DNA of 64,000 nucleotides from Candidatus Neptunichlamydia sp. (GTDB lineage Bacteria; Chlamydiota; Chlamydiia; Chlamydiales; Simkaniaceae): NCBI GenBank assembly GCA_965233865.1, contig OZ247587.1, positions 800,001 to 864,000 of the forward strand, read 5' to 3'. Shown piece by piece: positions 61,854 to 64,000 of this stretch (position 1 is its first letter; each line of letters starts with the position of its first letter). The notes under the pieces were generated by a model. It saw only the letters and a program-made list of their open reading frames with translations, ran no database searches and was not told where the DNA came from. The position numbers and the translations under genes were made by a program.

Positions 61854-63128
61854 ATGATCTATACGCGCGTTGTCGTTATTGGTGGGGGATTTGGTGGGCT
61901 AAACTGCGTTAAAACACTCAGTAAAGCGAACTTTGATGTTCTACTCATCGATAAGAAAAACCACCATTTATTCCAACCACTTCTTTATCAAGTCGCAACA
62001 GCTGCACTGTCTCCAGCAGATATTGCAACACCCCTGAGAGAAGTTGTAGCGACTCAAAACAATACCACTGTATTGATGGGAACCGTTGATAAAATCGATA
62101 AAGAAAAAAGAGAACTCTTCTTTGTCAATGGAGACCACACACCCTATGACTATCTTGTAATTGCAACAGGATCACGCCATTCTTACTTTGGAAACGATCA
62201 GTGGGAACCCTTAGCTCCTGGACTTAAAACCATTACAGATGCCCTCAAAATCCGTGAACGAGTTCTTATTTCCTTTGAAAAAGCAGAACGGATGGATAGC
62301 ATTCACGAAGCAGAAAAATATCTCAACTTTGTTGTCATTGGAGGAGGCCCTACAGGAGTAGAAATGGCAGGATCGATTGCAGAAATCGCTCACAAGACAA
62401 TGTTTAGGAACTTTCGCCGCATCAATCCCGAAAAATCAAAAATCTATCTCGTTGAAGGTGCACCCCGTGTTCTCCCTCCCTTCCCGGAAAAACTCTCGAA
62501 AAGAGCACGTAAAGACCTGGAAAAAATGGGGGTGCGGGTCTTGACAGAACAACTCGTCACAAATATTACCAAAGAAGGAGTCCAAGTAGGCGAAGACTTT
62601 ATCGAAGCCCGTAACATCATTTGGGCTGCTGGAAACGTTGCCTCCCCTGTTCTAAAAACACTTGATGTCCCCTTGGATCGCCAGGGACGCGTAGTAGTCG
62701 AAGCCGACCTTTCAGTTCCAGGAAGCCCTGAAATCTTTGTGATTGGAGACGCTGCCTGCACCATAGGAAAAGATGAAAAACCTCTCCCGGCCGTCGCACC
62801 AACTGCTATCCAGCAAGGACGTTATGTTGGAAAAATTATCCGACGTCAAGTCGCCAAGGAAAAAAGACGCCCCTTTAAGTATTTTAATAAAGGAGGCCTC
62901 GCCACCATCGGGAAAAATAGAGCCGTTGGATTTTACAAAGGGATCCACTTAACAGGACTCTTTGCCTGGCTGGCTTGGGGATTCATTCACATTTTCTACT
63001 TAGTCAGTTACCGCAGTCAATTTGCTGTTATGCTAGACTGGGTATTTCACTATATGACAGGGCTTCGTGGAGCACGATTAATTCATAAAACAATCGACGA
63101 TGAAATGCAACCACCAAAAGGTAAATGA
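61854..63128 (+). CDS. ndh: Type II NADH dehydrogenase
   Basis: GGGFGG, FQPLLYQVAT, GGGPTGVEMAG, WAAG, IGD. Confidence 0.93.
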   Translation: MIYTRVVVIGGGFGGLNCVKTLSKANFDVLLIDKKNHHLFQPLLYQVATAALSPADIATPLREVVATQNNTTVLMGTVDKIDKEKRELFFVNGDHTPYDYLVIATGSRHSYFGNDQWEPLAPGLKTITDALKIRERVLISFEKAERMDSIHEAEKYLNFVVIGGGPTGVEMAGSIAEIAHKTMFRNFRRINPEKSKIYLVEGAPRVLPPFPEKLSKRARKDLEKMGVRVLTEQLVTNITKEGVQVGEDFIEARNIIWAAGNVASPVLKTLDVPLDRQGRVVVEADLSVPGSPEIFVIGDAACTIGKDEKPLPAVAPTAIQQGRYVGKIIRRQVAKEKRRPFKYFNKGGLATIGKNRAVGFYKGIHLTGLFAWLAWGFIHIFYLVSYRSQFAVMLDWVFHYMTGLRGARLIHKTIDDEMQPPKGK

Positions 63129-63134
63129 ACGACA

Positions 63135-63510
63135 ATATAGCTAAAATATTTCGTTTTAGTTATATTTTTTTGAATGACGTATTCATTAGATTTTAGAAAA
63201 AAGGTACTGTTGATCCGATGCACAGAAAATTTAAGTTTTGCTAAGACAGCAAAACGTTTTGGTGTAAGTGTAAATAGCATATTTCTTTGGTCTAAGAGGC
63301 TAGAGGGTTCTGTTGCAAAAAATGTTTGCTAAGATATGAGTTGCTTATTTCCTTTATTCTTCAGGTTTATGCAGCTAACCCTTGAGCCTTAAACAAGACT
63401 TTCAATAAATATATTTACATCATATGCATTGCTTCAATCCCTTCAATGGTATTCCTTGCTGATGCAAATTCCTTATATAGCTAAAGTGACTTAAATTAGT
63501 TATTGTCAGT
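63135..63510. mobile_element. IS630 remnant interrupted by an IS6 end fragment
   Basis: MTYSLDFRKKVL...FGVSVNSIFLW from 63174; IS6 IR GGTTCTGTTGCAAAA at ~63307 and minus-strand SARNTIEGIEAMHM. Confidence 0.75.
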
Positions 63511-63639
63511 ACTCCCTGAAAATCCTATCTATTCTATAGATGGTATAACTAAAACAACTCACTTTAGCTATACGATGGAGTTACGGATCAACTAAGCATT
63601 GTTTCGAGCATAACGGGCGTTATTTCTGAAAAAATCAAT

Positions 63640-64000
63640 AACGCATCAGAGTACCTCAGTAATATTAATCCTTTTGAAAGAGATCCTAGAGAAACATTCC
63701 GAGAAATCGTTGCTAAAGGACATGAAAAAATTGATGAGGTTTTTGGCACAGAACATGCTAATATCTATTCTGAAGAGGCAAAAGAAACTAGATATAAGCT
63801 TACCACTGGAATGCTACCTCCTCTTGGTGGTTTTAGTAACATAGCGAAGAATGGAAAGCTTTTAAGTAAGGCATACATAACCGCAAAGAATGGTAGTAAG
63901 AATGCAGGTTTAATAAAGGAATATGCAGGGAGATCTGCGAAAGAGTTAAAAAAAGTATCAGCAGTTTCGAAAAACAAATTGCTAAACATCAAGACAAGAT
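63640..64000 (+). pseudogene. Fragment resembling a polymorphic toxin C-terminal region
   Basis: AKGHEKIDEVFGT...AKNGSKNAGLIKEYAGRSAKELKK, frameshift, then SSFEKQIAKHQDK. Confidence 0.45.

Overview
Bacterial chromosomal window, most likely from an environmental Chlamydiota (Simkaniaceae-like). This is inferred from a fused glyQS, glgA, a groEL paralog lacking groES and a chlamydial-plasmid-type integrase remnant. Housekeeping blocks lie at 1-8.5 kb (pth, rplY, prs, tRNA-Gln, glgA, pgsA, rlmN, glyQS) and 36.6-63.1 kb (tRNA-Tyr/Thr/Val/Asp, ttcA, putP, surE, nadC, groEL, two GT9, potD, pgm, HD phosphohydrolase, dnaX, ptsI/ptsH/hprK, ndh). Between them is a heavily decayed ~28 kb mosaic island (about 8.6-36.6 kb) ending at the 3' end of tRNA-Tyr. 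The island holds IS5, IS200, IS6 and IS3 copies and debris, a phage-satellite-like recombinase-Xis-primase-helicase module, a Rep-like pseudogene beside 22-bp-period iterons, a terminase, integrase remnants and AT-rich cargo. The most striking cargo is two intact, divergent, stand-alone LanM-dehydratase-like (DUF4135) kinase genes. They have no LanC cyclase, transporter or obvious precursor, and each is followed by a small ~130-aa partner ORF, so they are candidate effector/toxin kinase-lyases with cognate partners. Also notable is an SDR-fold pseudogene whose N-terminus resembles a mitochondrial presequence. All family calls come from motif recognition by eye; no searches were run.
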